Assembly: GCA_001179505.1 (NCBI GenBank)
Contig: CDMY01000459.1
Coordinates: forward strand, 1-64,000
Length of the DNA: 64,000 bases
Reading direction: 5' to 3'
DNA from: Vitrella brassicaformis CCMP3155
Taxonomy: Eukaryota; Protista; Chromerida
Part shown: piece by piece, positions 23,603-35,869 of the stretch
How the letters are laid out: each line of letters opens with the position of its first letter
Numbering within the stretch: position 1 is the first letter of the stretch
Made by a program: the position numbers and the translations under genes
The notes under the pieces: generated by a model
The model's input: the letters and a program-made list of their open reading frames with translations, nothing else
Told to the model about the DNA's origin: nothing
Database searches by the model: none

Positions 23603-26510
23603 TCACTGGCTGTCCTGCGTCTGCCTCAGCCTCCTTGCCTTGCCCTTGGGATAGTGCCTGACGCCCACACACCAACCAACACACAGCACCCCCCATCACA
23701 GACACCTTCACCCACCGATCGATCCCTCCATCCGCCCACACATCCGTCTGCCCACCTTGTCTCGATGGGGTCAAACCCCTTCTCTTGCGCGCCCCGCACG
23801 GCCCATTGTGGAGTGGGAGCGCAGTAGTCGAGAGCACCGAACAGCTCGCCACTCGTGGCCTGATACATAGATTGACGGATGGATGGATGGAGCCACCAAT
23901 CACTGATTCTCTTGAGCGTCGGTGTGTCCCTGGCTGAGGTCTTACCAGCTGGTGGAATCTATCGTAATCGATCCACGTGTGCCACACGCCGTCGATCTTG
24001 AAGCTGCATACGCCACAGAAGCAAGACCAGAGCGTCTGTGGCTGTGTGGGTGTACATGGTGCCTTCGCACGGCTTTATCGTACCTTTTTTTCGCAATGAC
24101 GACGCAGTTGGAGTGCTCGTGCTCACAGGCCAGCTCGTACTCATCGGCCAACTCAGCCGAGGACGATATGATGGCGTCAGCAAAGTTCAACACCTACACA
24201 CACACAGGCACACACAAAGACAGCTGTGGGCCTGCACTCCTACCACGGTAGAGTGTGTTGGTGGTCCTCAAGTCACCTCCTGGTGGTATGGGACGTGTTT
24301 GATGGTGAGATGTGACGCTGTCGATGTGCCGCAGTAGGTGACCGACTTGATCTCGATGAAGTCGGGACGACCCAACGACACCAAACGGCCGTACTCACAC
24401 GCATCCTGACACACACACACACACACACACAGGATGCCAAGAGATACACGTGTTTGTGCTGATGGATCGATCAGTGCACTGTGTACCTGCATGTTGTGTT
24501 GTTTGACGAGTGTGAGGCGGTAGACGGTGCGCTGACGCCGCTCACGCAACGCCGTCAGGGAATCGACGAAGCGGTCCCAATAGTCCCCGAACAGAGGACG
24601 ATCTGACGCACACGGAAATGCACTCTTCTCTCCGTCTTCGTCTTGTTATGGTCTCATCTTACCGACGGCCTTGAGTGTTTCCGGCGTGGCTGCATCGACG
24701 GACACATACAGCTGAGTGACGGGCTTCAGATTGCGGATGGCCTCAGGGAACTGGGCGTTGGTCACCTGCACACACGCACATTAGCGGGCGGATACATCCA
24801 CAGGATGGCTGCTGTGCTGTGCTGTGGGGTGTTGGGCCGTGGTGTGTGCGTACCAGGAAGGTGGAAATGTGTCTTTCGTGCAGCATGGCGATGAGCTCGT
24901 TGATGTGTGGGTACATGATAGGCTCGCCAACCAGACTCAACGCGCAGTGCCGGATCTTCATTGCCGCCTCCAACCTGTGTGTGTCGCCACATCCACACAC
25001 GAGGCAGACGCTCGTTTGGCGGGTCTGTCTGTCTGTCTGTCTGTCTGCAATGCTGTCTGGCTGTCTGTATCTGTGGGGTCGGTCACCTACCGTTCTGGTA
25101 TGACTCCGGGCATGCCTTTGAGCGTTTTGACGAGCTGTCTGTGGTTGTCGATGGTCTGCTGCACTATCATCTCGGGAGGGTCCAACGCCCAGCGCCACTC
25201 CTTGCCCACCTGTGGAACACACACACCCAACACACACACACACACACACACAATGGCGCAATGGCACTTGCCCTGTCTAAATGAGAGAGGGGCGGCAGTC
25301 TTACAGGGTTCTTGTGGTGGCGCCAGCAGAAGACGCACTTGTTGGCGCATGCCAGGGATGGCGTGGCCTCCATGCAGGCATAGCTCTCGATCCCATAGAA
25401 AGAATGCTTGTAGCAGCCCCCACGACCGCGCAGCTGATGCTTCGTCCACCTGCACACACACACGGCGCCACAACACCACCCACAACACCGAGTGAGTGCG
25501 TTGCCTTGGTTTTCTCCCTCTCCCTCCCCCCCTCTGTCTGCCCACCTGCAGAGCTTGACGGCCGAGTGGCTGCCGACAATGCGATAGCCCTCTTTGGTCA
25601 GCGCCGCCCTCTGCCGTGACGTCACCATCTCCCTCGCCGTCTCTCTCGCACTGCTGCCCTCACCAGAGGGCTTCCCACCCACAATGTCCTCCACATCGTC
25701 CGCCTCGGCCTCACCGCCACCCTCCTGCCCATCGTCAGACGCACTCCCATCGCTCTCAACATCGCTCTCATGGTCAGCCTCAGCAGCAGCAGCAGCAGCA
25801 GCGTGGATCTCTGGTGGGTCTGGTGAGCCCGTCATGGCTGCATGGACGAGAGGGAAGAGCCGTGTCAGCCATGGTGTGAGCTGAGGGGGGATGTCGGCCG
25901 TGTCGGTGAGAGTGCAGGTGGGCAGGATGCGGTGAGCGGAGAGCGAGTGGAGCAGCCGGTCGAGTGTGTGCGCCGCCCGGCAGAACTGCTCGCCGTACTC
26001 GTGGCTGCCGAGACCAACGATGGCGTACCTGCAGACAGCCACACACAGATACACACACACACACACACACGTGCACCCCTTCCTCCCCTCCCCCCCTCCC
26101 TCCCTCCAGCCGTCACCTTAGCTGCGCAAGTGCCGCCTTGTCAACCCGAAAGTCATTCCTCCAGTCCTCGAGCATAGCGAAGAAGGAAGTCCCAGCAGGG
26201 GGAGGCAGACCGTCAGTGTAGGTCGAGATCACGACTATGACGCACCTCTCGCTCGTCAGGTCATCGATGTTGTAGTCGCTCATGCTGCTGACGGCCACAT
26301 GCGCTCTGCTGAGGAGGTAGAGGCGGAGTTGGGACACCAGCTGCCTCGCTTCGGCTTTGGCGGTGCCTCCCAGCGAAGCAAAGAGCACCAGCACCCTCTC
26401 GCCCCTTGACGAGCCGCGACGGAGATCAGGGCGTCCAAGAGATGACCACATAACCTCACCTTCTGTCCCTTTCGCTTTTTTCCTTGCGAAAGCTTCTTGC
26501 CTTCCTGCAC
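23603..26510 (-). CDS. TYW1: tRNA 4-demethylwyosine synthase (flavodoxin + radical SAM); start codon not resolved (near 26.5 kb)
   Basis: Flavodoxin part VLVLFASLGGTAK..ISTYTDG..GLGSHEY; YRIVGSHSAVKLCRWTKHQLRGRGGCYKHSFYGI; TPSLACANKCVFCWRH (CxxxCxxC); HCALSLVGEPIMYP; PDFIEIKSVTYCG; WHTWIDYDRF; GFDPIETR; stop at 23603-23605. Confidence 0.96.
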
Positions 26511-26644
26511 CTGCGAGCTTAGCTACGGATTTACCTGTGGCGAGGCGCTTGGAGCCATCCCCTCTGATCTAAAGATGCGGAGCCCTCGACAGAATGTCCG
26601 ACGCCAAGGGCTCAGGGAGAGCAGGAACGAGCGCTGAGGACAGA

Positions 26645-29600
26645 ATGGCCATCATCCTCCAGTGCAAGAACTCTCTGCCGCCCTTTCTCCTCTACGCCTT
26701 ACTCATCCTCCATGCTGCCCATGCTGCCGCGTCAGCGCGCTCTGTGGCCGTCCGAGCAGTGCACGCTCATCAGCATCCACACGCCAACTTCACCCTGCTG
26801 ACCAGCGTCGAGGCCCTCCCAGCCGGCCCTTCATTCGACAGCAAAAAGGCTCAGGACATTGCCGAAGCGGAGGCGGCGAGGACAGAGCAGCTCTTCCACG
26901 GCCTTCTCGGCGAGCGTGAGGTGGCCATCGAGGGCTCTGTGCTGCAGCCGGCAGCCAAGTCGGCACCGCAGCGTGTGGCGGCGGCTGACAAGGCGACCCG
27001 TGAGGCGGCCACACTCGCCCAGGCAGAGGCTGCAGAGGCTCAGCAGGCGGCCAGAGAGTTCGATGAGTCGCTGCGGCAGGACCGATTGGCCCGACAATGG
27101 GGAGGCGGCGGTGGCCGGGGGCGGTGGAGGGACCGTGAGATTCAGGTGCTGTCTGCCGGCACGACCAGGGACGTCTTCAACCCCGCTCTCGTCTCCCTCA
27201 GTGACCTGTCGGCGGCTGACGTGCAGTCGCTTGTGGGTGCCGCAGGGGGGGCGGGAGCGGCGTCGGACGGCAAAAAGGCAGCGTATGTGGTGGCGCTGCG
27301 GTCGCAGCTTTTTAACCGGAATGTCTGGTGTGACTCTCATGTCGTTGTCGGCTTCCTCGATGAGTCCTCCGACAGATCGGTGACCTTCAGGTGAGAAGAA
27401 GAAATGATGTGCATGATCGACTGACATGGTGCCTGCCTGCCTTTTGTTTGTGTCTGCAGGTGCTGTCTGATGACGATTTCTGGGGCCCTGATTTGCCCTA
27501 CGACTGCGCCGAGACCAAGCGGATCACGATGACAGGCCCTGACGACCCTCGCCTCATTCTGCTCTCCAAGCGCCTCACAGCAAGGAATAACACAGAGGAG
27601 GGGAAGGATTTGTGGCTGCTGTTTTTCGGCCGCGAGCACCACCGCACCCCCAATGTGCCGTGTGGCGAGCATGGCCAGCAGCCGTACCTGGTGAGGCTCT
27701 TGGTGGAGGCCTCGGCTGTGCCTCAGTGGCCTGCAAGGATAGCGGTGGACAGCAAGAGCATGATGGCACTCAAATACGACAAAGCCACGCCGGTAGCCGC
27801 AAAGAAAATGGCAGGGGACAGGGGGGAATATCTTGCCTTCTTGTCTATTGTGTGCAGGTTGAGAAGAATTGGAGCCCCTTCGAATATCCTCCGCCCCTCC
27901 CGGCCCACAGCCTCCCACCCATCTCTCTCTCTGCGTCGGCGTCCCGGCTGCTGACAGTCTACAGCATCGAGCCCCACATCGTCTTGCAGATCGACCCACA
28001 CACAGGCACCACCACCGCATTCGCCAACTCGTCCCATCCCTTTCTCCACCAGTGGGCCAACGCCGCGAGAAAGTACCAGGACGTCAGCTCCTTCGTGGTC
28101 CACGGCGGTGCCGGGGTGGCCTTTGTCGCACCATCCGCAGCCGACGACCCCTATTTCCTCAGTGTGTTCCACGTGCTGACGAGCGGGGCCAACCCACTGG
28201 AGGGCGGCGCCATGGAGACCATCTATCAGTCGTTCTTATACAAGTTCCGCGCCACGCCTCCTTTCGACATCCTTGCCATCAGCCAGGAGCTGCCGCTCCA
28301 CCGATCTCAGTGCGGGTGGGGCGCATGGGAGGCCTTTCCCGTGTCGATCAGTGTGCGGCGTGGCGACAAAGGCGACAAAGGGGACAAAGGGGACAAAGGG
28401 GAAGGTCCTCGTGTGTGGATATCGTATGGGAGCGGCGACAAGCAGAACAGGGTGTTTGATGTGGGACTGGAGGAGTTGGAGTCGCACTTCTTCCAGGAGC
28501 CGGTCGACATCGGCGGACCGCCACAGCTCGTCGGCACCGCCATGGGAAGTAAGCACACCGAAATGTGTCCTGAAAAATGCCGCTATCTATGTTGCGTCTC
28601 TTCTCTGCTGCACATACAAAAAGGCGAGTGGCGCTTCCCAGCCCCCGCAGTGCCACCACCGAGATCAGCACAGCAGCCGCAGCCACCGTCGCAGCCCCAC
28701 ACAACGAGACACAGGCGGCCACAGCCACCGTCGATGCGCTCGACAGCATCTACAGCGACACCCACACCATCTACATGGGGGTCCCCAATTACCAGCCCGG
28801 CCAGAAGAGCATCAGCAAGAGCCTCAAACTGCTGCAGAGAAAGAGACAGAGACAGAGACAGAGGGGTGGGGGTGGGGGTGGGGAGAAGGTGACGGTTGTG
28901 ATGATGGCCCATTTGCGTGCGAGGCTGCCCGTGGTGCTGGACGTGCTCGACCGGTACAGACAAATGCCGCACCTCTTTGGAGAGATCCTACTCGGTGAGA
29001 TAAAGAGGGGGGGAGGGAGTTGCGAGCATCGAGGCAGCAACCCCCCCCCCCTCTTCACTTTTGTGTGTCCGTGTGTGTGTCAGTATGGAACAACCAGACG
29101 GACCGGCCTCTGAGTGACACCCAGGACCCGTTTGGGCGGCACTTTGGCGATATTCAAAGGACGGAGGGCTCCGTGCCTATCAGACTGATCAACGCAGAGA
29201 AGAACTCCATGAACGTGGGCAGGCAGCCAGCCCGGCAGACCCACAGCCACTACACCCACACACTAAGGTGTCTCTTCTCTTTTCTGGCAGAACCGATTTG
29301 CCGTGTGGCCGCTAATCAAGACACCAGGCGTCCTCATACAGGCTAGATGGATGGATGGATGGATGGATGGAGGACGAAGGCCATGTCGTGGTCTGAGAAT
29401 GTGAGCATGTTTGCCCTTGTTTGGCAGGACGATGACATGTGGCTGGAGGAGGCCGACCTGCGCTGCCTGGTGGACGCCTGGTGGGTGAAGATGAAGATGC
29501 ATGGCTCTCGACGCTGGCTGCTCTGTGAATCCGATGCTTGTCAGGCGGGCACACCCTGACCAGCTGATTGGGGCCTTCATCGAACGTCTCGACATCAACA

Positions 29601-30335
29601 AAGGTGGCTTACTTGATGAGAGAGGAGACACCTCTCTCTGTGCCTCTCTGTGTGGTGAGTGCGTGCAGACATGGACGAGATGGCACTGCATTGGGACGAG
29701 TGTGCGGCGGAGGAGAGGCCCGTGTGCCTCATGGGCAGGAGCTACTCGATGCTCCTGCCGCACCCTTGGCTCATCAAGACACAATACCTCCACGAATATA
29801 CCAACCACCCGTAACACCCCCCCTCCACCCCCCAACAGACAGACAGACAGACAGACGGACAGACAGAGAGAGACACGGATGCCCTCCCTTCTTCCCTCCC
29901 TCCCTCCCTCCCTTTGTCTGTCTGTGTGTGTGTCTGCTCAGCGCCATGACCAGTCTGGTAGACTCGCTCTTCAACTGCGACGACCTCTACACCAACGCCC
30001 TCGTCACCTACGCCACCTCCCTCCCACCTCTCGCCGTCAACGTCACTGTCCACCGCTCACCCCTATGGGCACAGACACAAGGAGGGGCCATGTGGGTGCT
30101 CGACACTCGATGGAGGGAGCATCGCCGGCAGTGCATTCAGAAAATCAACGACTATTTCTTGTCAAAGCCTGTGTTGGCGAGTGTGGGCAAAGCGGCGGCT
30201 CAGAGGCCAGTGGTGCTGCATGGTGGTGATGGTGGTGGTGGTGGTGTGGTTGTTGACACTGGGACGGTGTTCAAGCGGTGGAGCCGTGTGGTGGAGTGTG
30301 CTGGGGGGAGGGAGCCGCAGACGCCCGTTGGCTAG
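26645..30335 (+). CDS. Secretory-pathway protein: EKNW-type five-bladed beta-propeller (GH130/beta-mannosyltransferase-like) followed by a GT64 (EXTL-like) glycosyltransferase domain
   Basis: Signal/anchor LPPFLLYALLILHAAHAAA. Propeller motifs FNPAL, GPDDPRL, VEKNWSPF, YSIEPH, HGG, FHV, YKF..PPF, FPVSI, ISYGSGD. GT64 motifs VWNN, EKNSMN, QDDDMW, YSMLL, LVDSLFNCDDLYTN, HRRQCIQKINDYF. The junction near 28550-28630 is not fully resolved. Confidence 0.7.
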
Positions 30336-30858
30336 AGACGTTGATTGACTGACTTAGCGACACAGACAGACAGACAGACAGACAGAGACTTATGCGAATC
30401 GCAGAAGGTGCGTGTGCGTGTGTGTGATTAGTGTATGTCTTGCGTGTTGTTGAACAGCGGCTCTTTCTGTGCGCACGCACCAGGGGAAAGGTGCAGCGAG
30501 CCACCCCGACTTCACTTCAACGTGCCATATCCTATGATCTCGCCTCACGGATTGAAAAGGAGCACACACACACACACACATGGAGACACGCACACTCACG
30601 GAAGGAAGGCCTCACAGAGCCCTGTCCGTCGTCAGTCACATCACTCCACCCATCCCACCTCACCACCAATTTGTCCGCCGCCTTCATCGCATCACGCACA
30701 GACACACGAAGCTCCGCCCACTCACCCATCCAGCCACCCACCCACCACCAAAACACCACATCCACACACGCAGGCAACACCATCCATATGTGTGAGTGTG
30801 TGTGTGTGTGTGTGTCGGTGGGGCAGGCGGCGGTGCATGGCTGGTTGTTGGTTGTGGC

Positions 30859-31683
30859 TTAGTCCTTCTCCTTGCCCTTGCCACCGCGGAGCAGACCCGT
30901 GCGGCGCGCCGCGATGAGACCGACCTGCACACACAGATGAACAGTCGCACACACACAGGCAGACAGACAGACCGACAGACAGACAGGGAGGTGCATGGAG
31001 CTTTGGTGTGGGTGTGGGTGTGGGTGCTCGGCGGCTGGCTGACCTTCTGCCCCGGTGGAGCCATGCGCGACATGGTGGTGGGATGACCCACGTGCTGATG
31101 GTTGCCTGCACGCATCGCATCATTATAGAGAGGGAGGGATGGAGGAGGGGGGGCTGGGTGTGTATGTGCTGTCCTGTGCTGTCCTGTGTTGTTGGTGTGC
31201 ACCGCGTACCTCCTCCGTGTGGGTGTTCCACGGGGTTCATGGCCACACCGCGCACCTTGGGCCAGCAGTTGCGCTTCGCCTTATACTTGTGGTAGCTATT
31301 CCCTGAGCAACAACACCGCAACACACACAATTGCATTGCACACCACGCTCAGACCGTCTGTGTGTGCGCGTGCCCAAGTCACGGCTCACTCAGTCAGTCA
31401 CTCACCGGCCTTGAGCATCGGTTTGTCAATCCGCTGTCCGCCCGACATGATGCCGACGATGCCGCGGCAGGTGCTGGGGAGCGTCTTGCGTGAGCCCGAC
31501 GGCAAGCGGACGCGGGTCTTCTTGCCGTCCTCCGAGTGGCCGGTGACCGTCGCGTAGACGCCTCCCGTCTTGGCGAGTTTGCCGCGGTCGCCGGCCTTCT
31601 CCTCCACAGACGACACCACCGTCCCCTCGGGCATCCTGCCCACCGGCAGGATGTTGCCCACACACAGGTGAGCTGACACACAC

Positions 31684-31720
<37 letters not shown>

Positions 31721-32490
31721 AGTGCGTCGTAGGGTGACGGAGGGAGGGAGGGAGGGAGGGAGGGAGGGGGAGGAATGTGAGTCTACCTACCGTTTTTGCC
31801 GGCGTAGACGAATTGTCCGGTGTGGAGTCCCTCGACGGCGGGCATGAGCTCCTTCTTGATGCCGTAGCGAGTGCTGTCGCGGAACACAACCTACACAACA
31901 CACCACAGCACACCACACACACACAGTGGTGAAAGGTTGTTGTTATTCTGTCTGTGTGTCTGTCTGTCGCGCGTACCTCGGCGAGCGGTGCGCCACGGCC
32001 GGGGTCGTGAATAATCGACTTGACGATGCCCTTGGTGTACCTAACGACACACACGACACGGCACGGCAACACATCAGCCAGCATACAGTCTTCCCTCCCT
32101 CCCTCCCTCCCTCCCTGTCAAGGTGTAGGTACGATCGACTCACTCACCCCTGCCTCTCGGCGTAGTCGAGCACCCGCATCTTGGCGGGTCCCTTGCGGTG
32201 GTGGGTGTGGGACTTGAACACCGACCCACGACCCTTACGCTGGGCTGCACACACACACACACACACACGGACACAGACAGACAGACACAGACACAGACAG
32301 ACACGTGTGTGAGGGGGACGCATCGCGCCAGTGAGGTGTGGAGGCCATCGAGGCCTCTCGTGTGCACCCCATTCCTCCTGGCTGTGCGTGTGTGCGTGAG
32401 GGGGGGTCCTGCGGCTGCCTGGCTCGCTGTGAGTGAGAGATCTCTCTGTTGTTTCCTGTCTATCGCCTTACATCTGATAACGCGCCCCAT
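30859..32490 (-). CDS. RPL8: 60S ribosomal protein L8 (uL2)
   Basis: [111 protein letters not shown]. Confidence 0.98.
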
Positions 32491-32547
32491 GGGGTGTGCT
32501 GCAGCGGAAAAGGGCCGCTTCACACTCTGCGACTGCGAGCTATGGAG

Positions 32548-32553
32548 TTAGGG
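32548..32553. promoter_or_regulatory. TTAGGG / telo-box-like hexamer in the RPL8-DEK divergent spacer
   Basis: A single short motif (gagttagggct). Telo-boxes are known from plant ribosomal-protein promoters; function here is unsupported. Confidence 0.2.
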
Positions 32554-32619
32554 CTCTGTTTAACTGAACGGTAAACTCTCTCAGGAAACAGAGTGTTTGG
32601 ACACGCGAGAGGAGATCCC

Positions 32620-32935
32620 ATGAGCATGGAAATGTCGATAAAGCAGAAGGGACAAGGCCCCCCCACCGAACAGCACCACTCCAGCAACCTCAAGAAGCGA
32701 ACACACTCGGAGGCCTGCGGGGAGGACCAGGGTGGTGAGCCTGGTGGTGCCGTCAGTCATGCCCGGCTGGCTGAGCAGCCCTCTGACGCCAATATTGAGG
32801 CGAAGATACGTGTCTTGGTGCGAAACACCTCCCTTGAGCAGCTTTCCATCAAGAGAATACGGTGAATGCCGTGGGGGTGGTGGGGATGGACACTCTATCT
32901 AGAGTCTCAGCGACGTGGGCCCTTTTCCTGTGGTA

Positions 32936-32979
<44 letters not shown>

Positions 32980-33401
32980 TGTGTGTGTCAGTGACCAGCT
33001 GACCGAGTATTTCGGCACTGACATGAGCGACAAGAAGGAGCTGATTCGCTCGACGGTGGACAGGGTGCTGGAGGAGATGGCCGACGAGCCTCCCGACCAG
33101 GACCAGCAGCCGGCTGCGGACGAGGCAGGGGAGGACATCAATCAAGACGACGAAAATGAAGTTGAAGAAGACGACTCTGGAGACGAGGAGGGGGATGATG
33201 AAGGTAAGGAAATGGACTCTCTCTCTCTCTGTGTGTGTGTGTGTGTTTACTCTCTGTCTGTGCGTGTGTGTGTGTGTGTTGGGTGCAGACGAGGAGGAAG
33301 AGGATGACGAAGGTGACAATGAGGATGACAATGAGGACGAGGAAGCGGCGCGGCCCACAGCAGCCGTGACGCACGCAAGCACCACGGACGGGGAGCAGTA
33401 G
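32620..33401 (+). CDS. DEK C-terminal-domain protein with an acidic tail
   Basis: PSDANIEAKIRVLVRNTSLEQLSIKRIR|DQLTEYFGTDMSDKKELIRSTVDRVL fits DEK_C; followed by D/E-rich exons; TAG at 33399-33401. Confidence 0.78.
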
Positions 33402-33839
33402 TGCAGCATGCGCTGATCACCTTCCTATGCCCGCACACACACACACAAACTGGACTCTCTCCCCATCCCCCCGTTTGCTTCTCGCGTTCCCATCTGTCTG
33501 TCTGCTGGTTGTCACTGGACTGACTGACTGGCTGGCTGATCGATTTTCCACTGTGCTGATGTGGCTGTATGCTGTGTCTGTCTGCCTGACTGAATGAGGG
33601 ACGTAAGACATCCATATGACCGCACGCACAGGGACTCAAGTAAATGCCATTTCCGTCTTTGTTAAACCGAGTGAGCCCCCCCCATCCCCCGTCCGCCATT
33701 CGTCCATCCATCCATCCAGCCATTGGCCGTCTGATCCACCCACAGATAAAGGGCCAACGGGACAGGTGACGTCGATATCTCAGAAACACCAGCCACACAC
33801 GCACACACACAGCCACAAGCACATCCCTCCCTCCTTCCC

Positions 33840-35731
33840 TCATATCGGCTCGATGACCTGCTGGAGGCCCAGCTTGCGGTTCCACCAGATGTACGACTTA
33901 GCGCCGAAGAAGTTGTTGCCATACCGCAGCGCCGCGATGGCGCTCCGCAGACAGCCGTTCTGAAAGGGGTCCTTCTCGCTCAACAGACGAGCCAGAGACA
34001 ACTCCAGACCCTCACACAAGTGAAACCTGCACCAATCGACAGACAGACACCATGCGACAGATCTCTCTCTCTCTCTGTCTCTCTCTCTCTGCTTGCCTGG
34101 GGTTGCTGTTGAAGGCCATGAAGGTGGCCCATCCGAAGGTGCCGCCCCACAGTGGGGGCAGTTCCACATTTGACGCCCGCCCGGTGAGGCGCTCGCGGAG
34201 GCCAACCAGCCCGAGCGTCAGACCGTACCCTGAGACGCCGCACGAGGTGCCGATCAGCAGGTACTGACCCGCCGTGTTGACCAGGGAGCCCAGCCGCTCG
34301 GCGACAGAGAACGGGCCGGAGATGAACATGTGGCTGGGCAGCTTGTCGGCCCACTTGCTGTACGCCCTCATGGCGCCGGCCAGAGCGCCCTTCACCCCCC
34401 GCACAGGGGCAGTCGTCGAGCCGGCGGCAGCGGCCGCACCACCCTGACAAACACACACATCACATCCACACACACATGAGGGAATGGGGAAGAGGGGCAG
34501 AGGGGTGGGAGAGGGAAGGTGCTGACCGATATGAGAAGGGCGTCTTGTGGCCGTTTGAGCAGGTGGGCGGTGGAGAACCGTGGCGCTAGCAGCCACACGA
34601 AGGCGCCCTCGACAATGAGGCCGGGCAGCAGGTGGCCCATGACGTAGTCGATCTCCTTGAAAAAGTTCTTGCCGCGCGTCTGAATCTCAGCTGCACACAC
34701 AGACAGCACAGCGCACTTACTGCAGCAGCGGGCGGTTTGTCTGTGCGTGTGTCGTGTGGTGTGGTTCCTTCTCCCTTCGCACCCACCCAGCAGCGCTGTG
34801 CCATTGCCTATCGCCTGCTGGATCCAAAACTTGTACCTGCGACCAACGAACAGACAGACAGACAGACCCACTTGAAAACACATCTATGGTCCTTCCTCCA
34901 TGTCAGTCAGCTCACTCACCAAAACTGCGGGTCAGCGAGAACCCGCTCATAGAGGGGTCTGACCCTGGACAGCACCCCGCCCAGCCCGACAATCTGTGCG
35001 ATGCCCAGCCACCGCTCGAACTGCGACTCGGTCAGCAGCCCCTTGTCCGCCGCCACCCAGATGTCACGCGGCAGCCTCGACCGATCCATACCGCGAGATG
35101 CTGACCAGACAACACACACACTCACTCATGAGTGGTGGGGTGGATGTGATGCCGTTCTCTCTCTGTCACATCACATGCACCCACCCAGCCTCGAGACGAT
35201 GGCGTCGAGTCCGATCGGTGGATCGGCCGTGCTGCCGGCAGCCGCTCCGCCAGTGGGACCGTCTGCTGGCGGTTCTGATGGCGGCTGCCCTCCATTGCCG
35301 CTGAGGCCGATATCGTCCGAGGTGACTGGATAGACAGCAGACGCCTTCTGATGAGCGGACCAGGGGACCTGAACGCGCCGAACACACACACACACGCGCA
35401 CAGACACGCACAGAGTAATCAACATAACCGACCGCCGAGAAGCATCCCATGCAGAGTCACCCACCGTTGGTCTGTTCTGCACGGCCCTCCTGCGTGCAGC
35501 CGTGTGCCGCAACCCCGTGAGCAGATCTCCTACCGACAGGAATGCACTCCCACTCCCACCACCGCCGCCGTCATGATGAGCAGTCCGCCTCAGTGGTGTT
35601 GTGAGAGGCCTTGGAGCCATGGCCATCCCATGCAGCACTTCCCCACCGACGAGCATGAGCACCAGCAGCAGTGGCAGAGGTCTGACGAGCGGCGCAGGTG
35701 GCGGCGTCTGCCTGGTGGGACGTTGACTCAT
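33840..35731 (-). CDS. RETICULATA-related (DUF3411) plastid envelope protein with a bipartite-like leader
   Basis: LPRDIWVAA..GL, ERVLADPQF, AEIQTRGKNFFKEIDYV, VWLLAP, LPSHMF..GPFSVAERLG, GWATFMAFNSNPRFHLCEG, ALRYGNNFFGAKSYIWWNRKLGLQ; the N-terminal hydrophobic PLLLVLMLVGGEVLHG is followed by an R/S/A-rich stretch. Confidence 0.86.
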
Positions 35732-35869
35732 GGATTCGCGGATCTGCGGGGCGGTGGTGACTCCACATTCCATCAATGGTATGCTGCTCAGGAAAAAGGG
35801 GGAGGGCGAATCGGCTAAGCTTGCAGATCTCGGCGATCCCCGTTTTGGAGGGACTGCAGAGCCAGGAGG

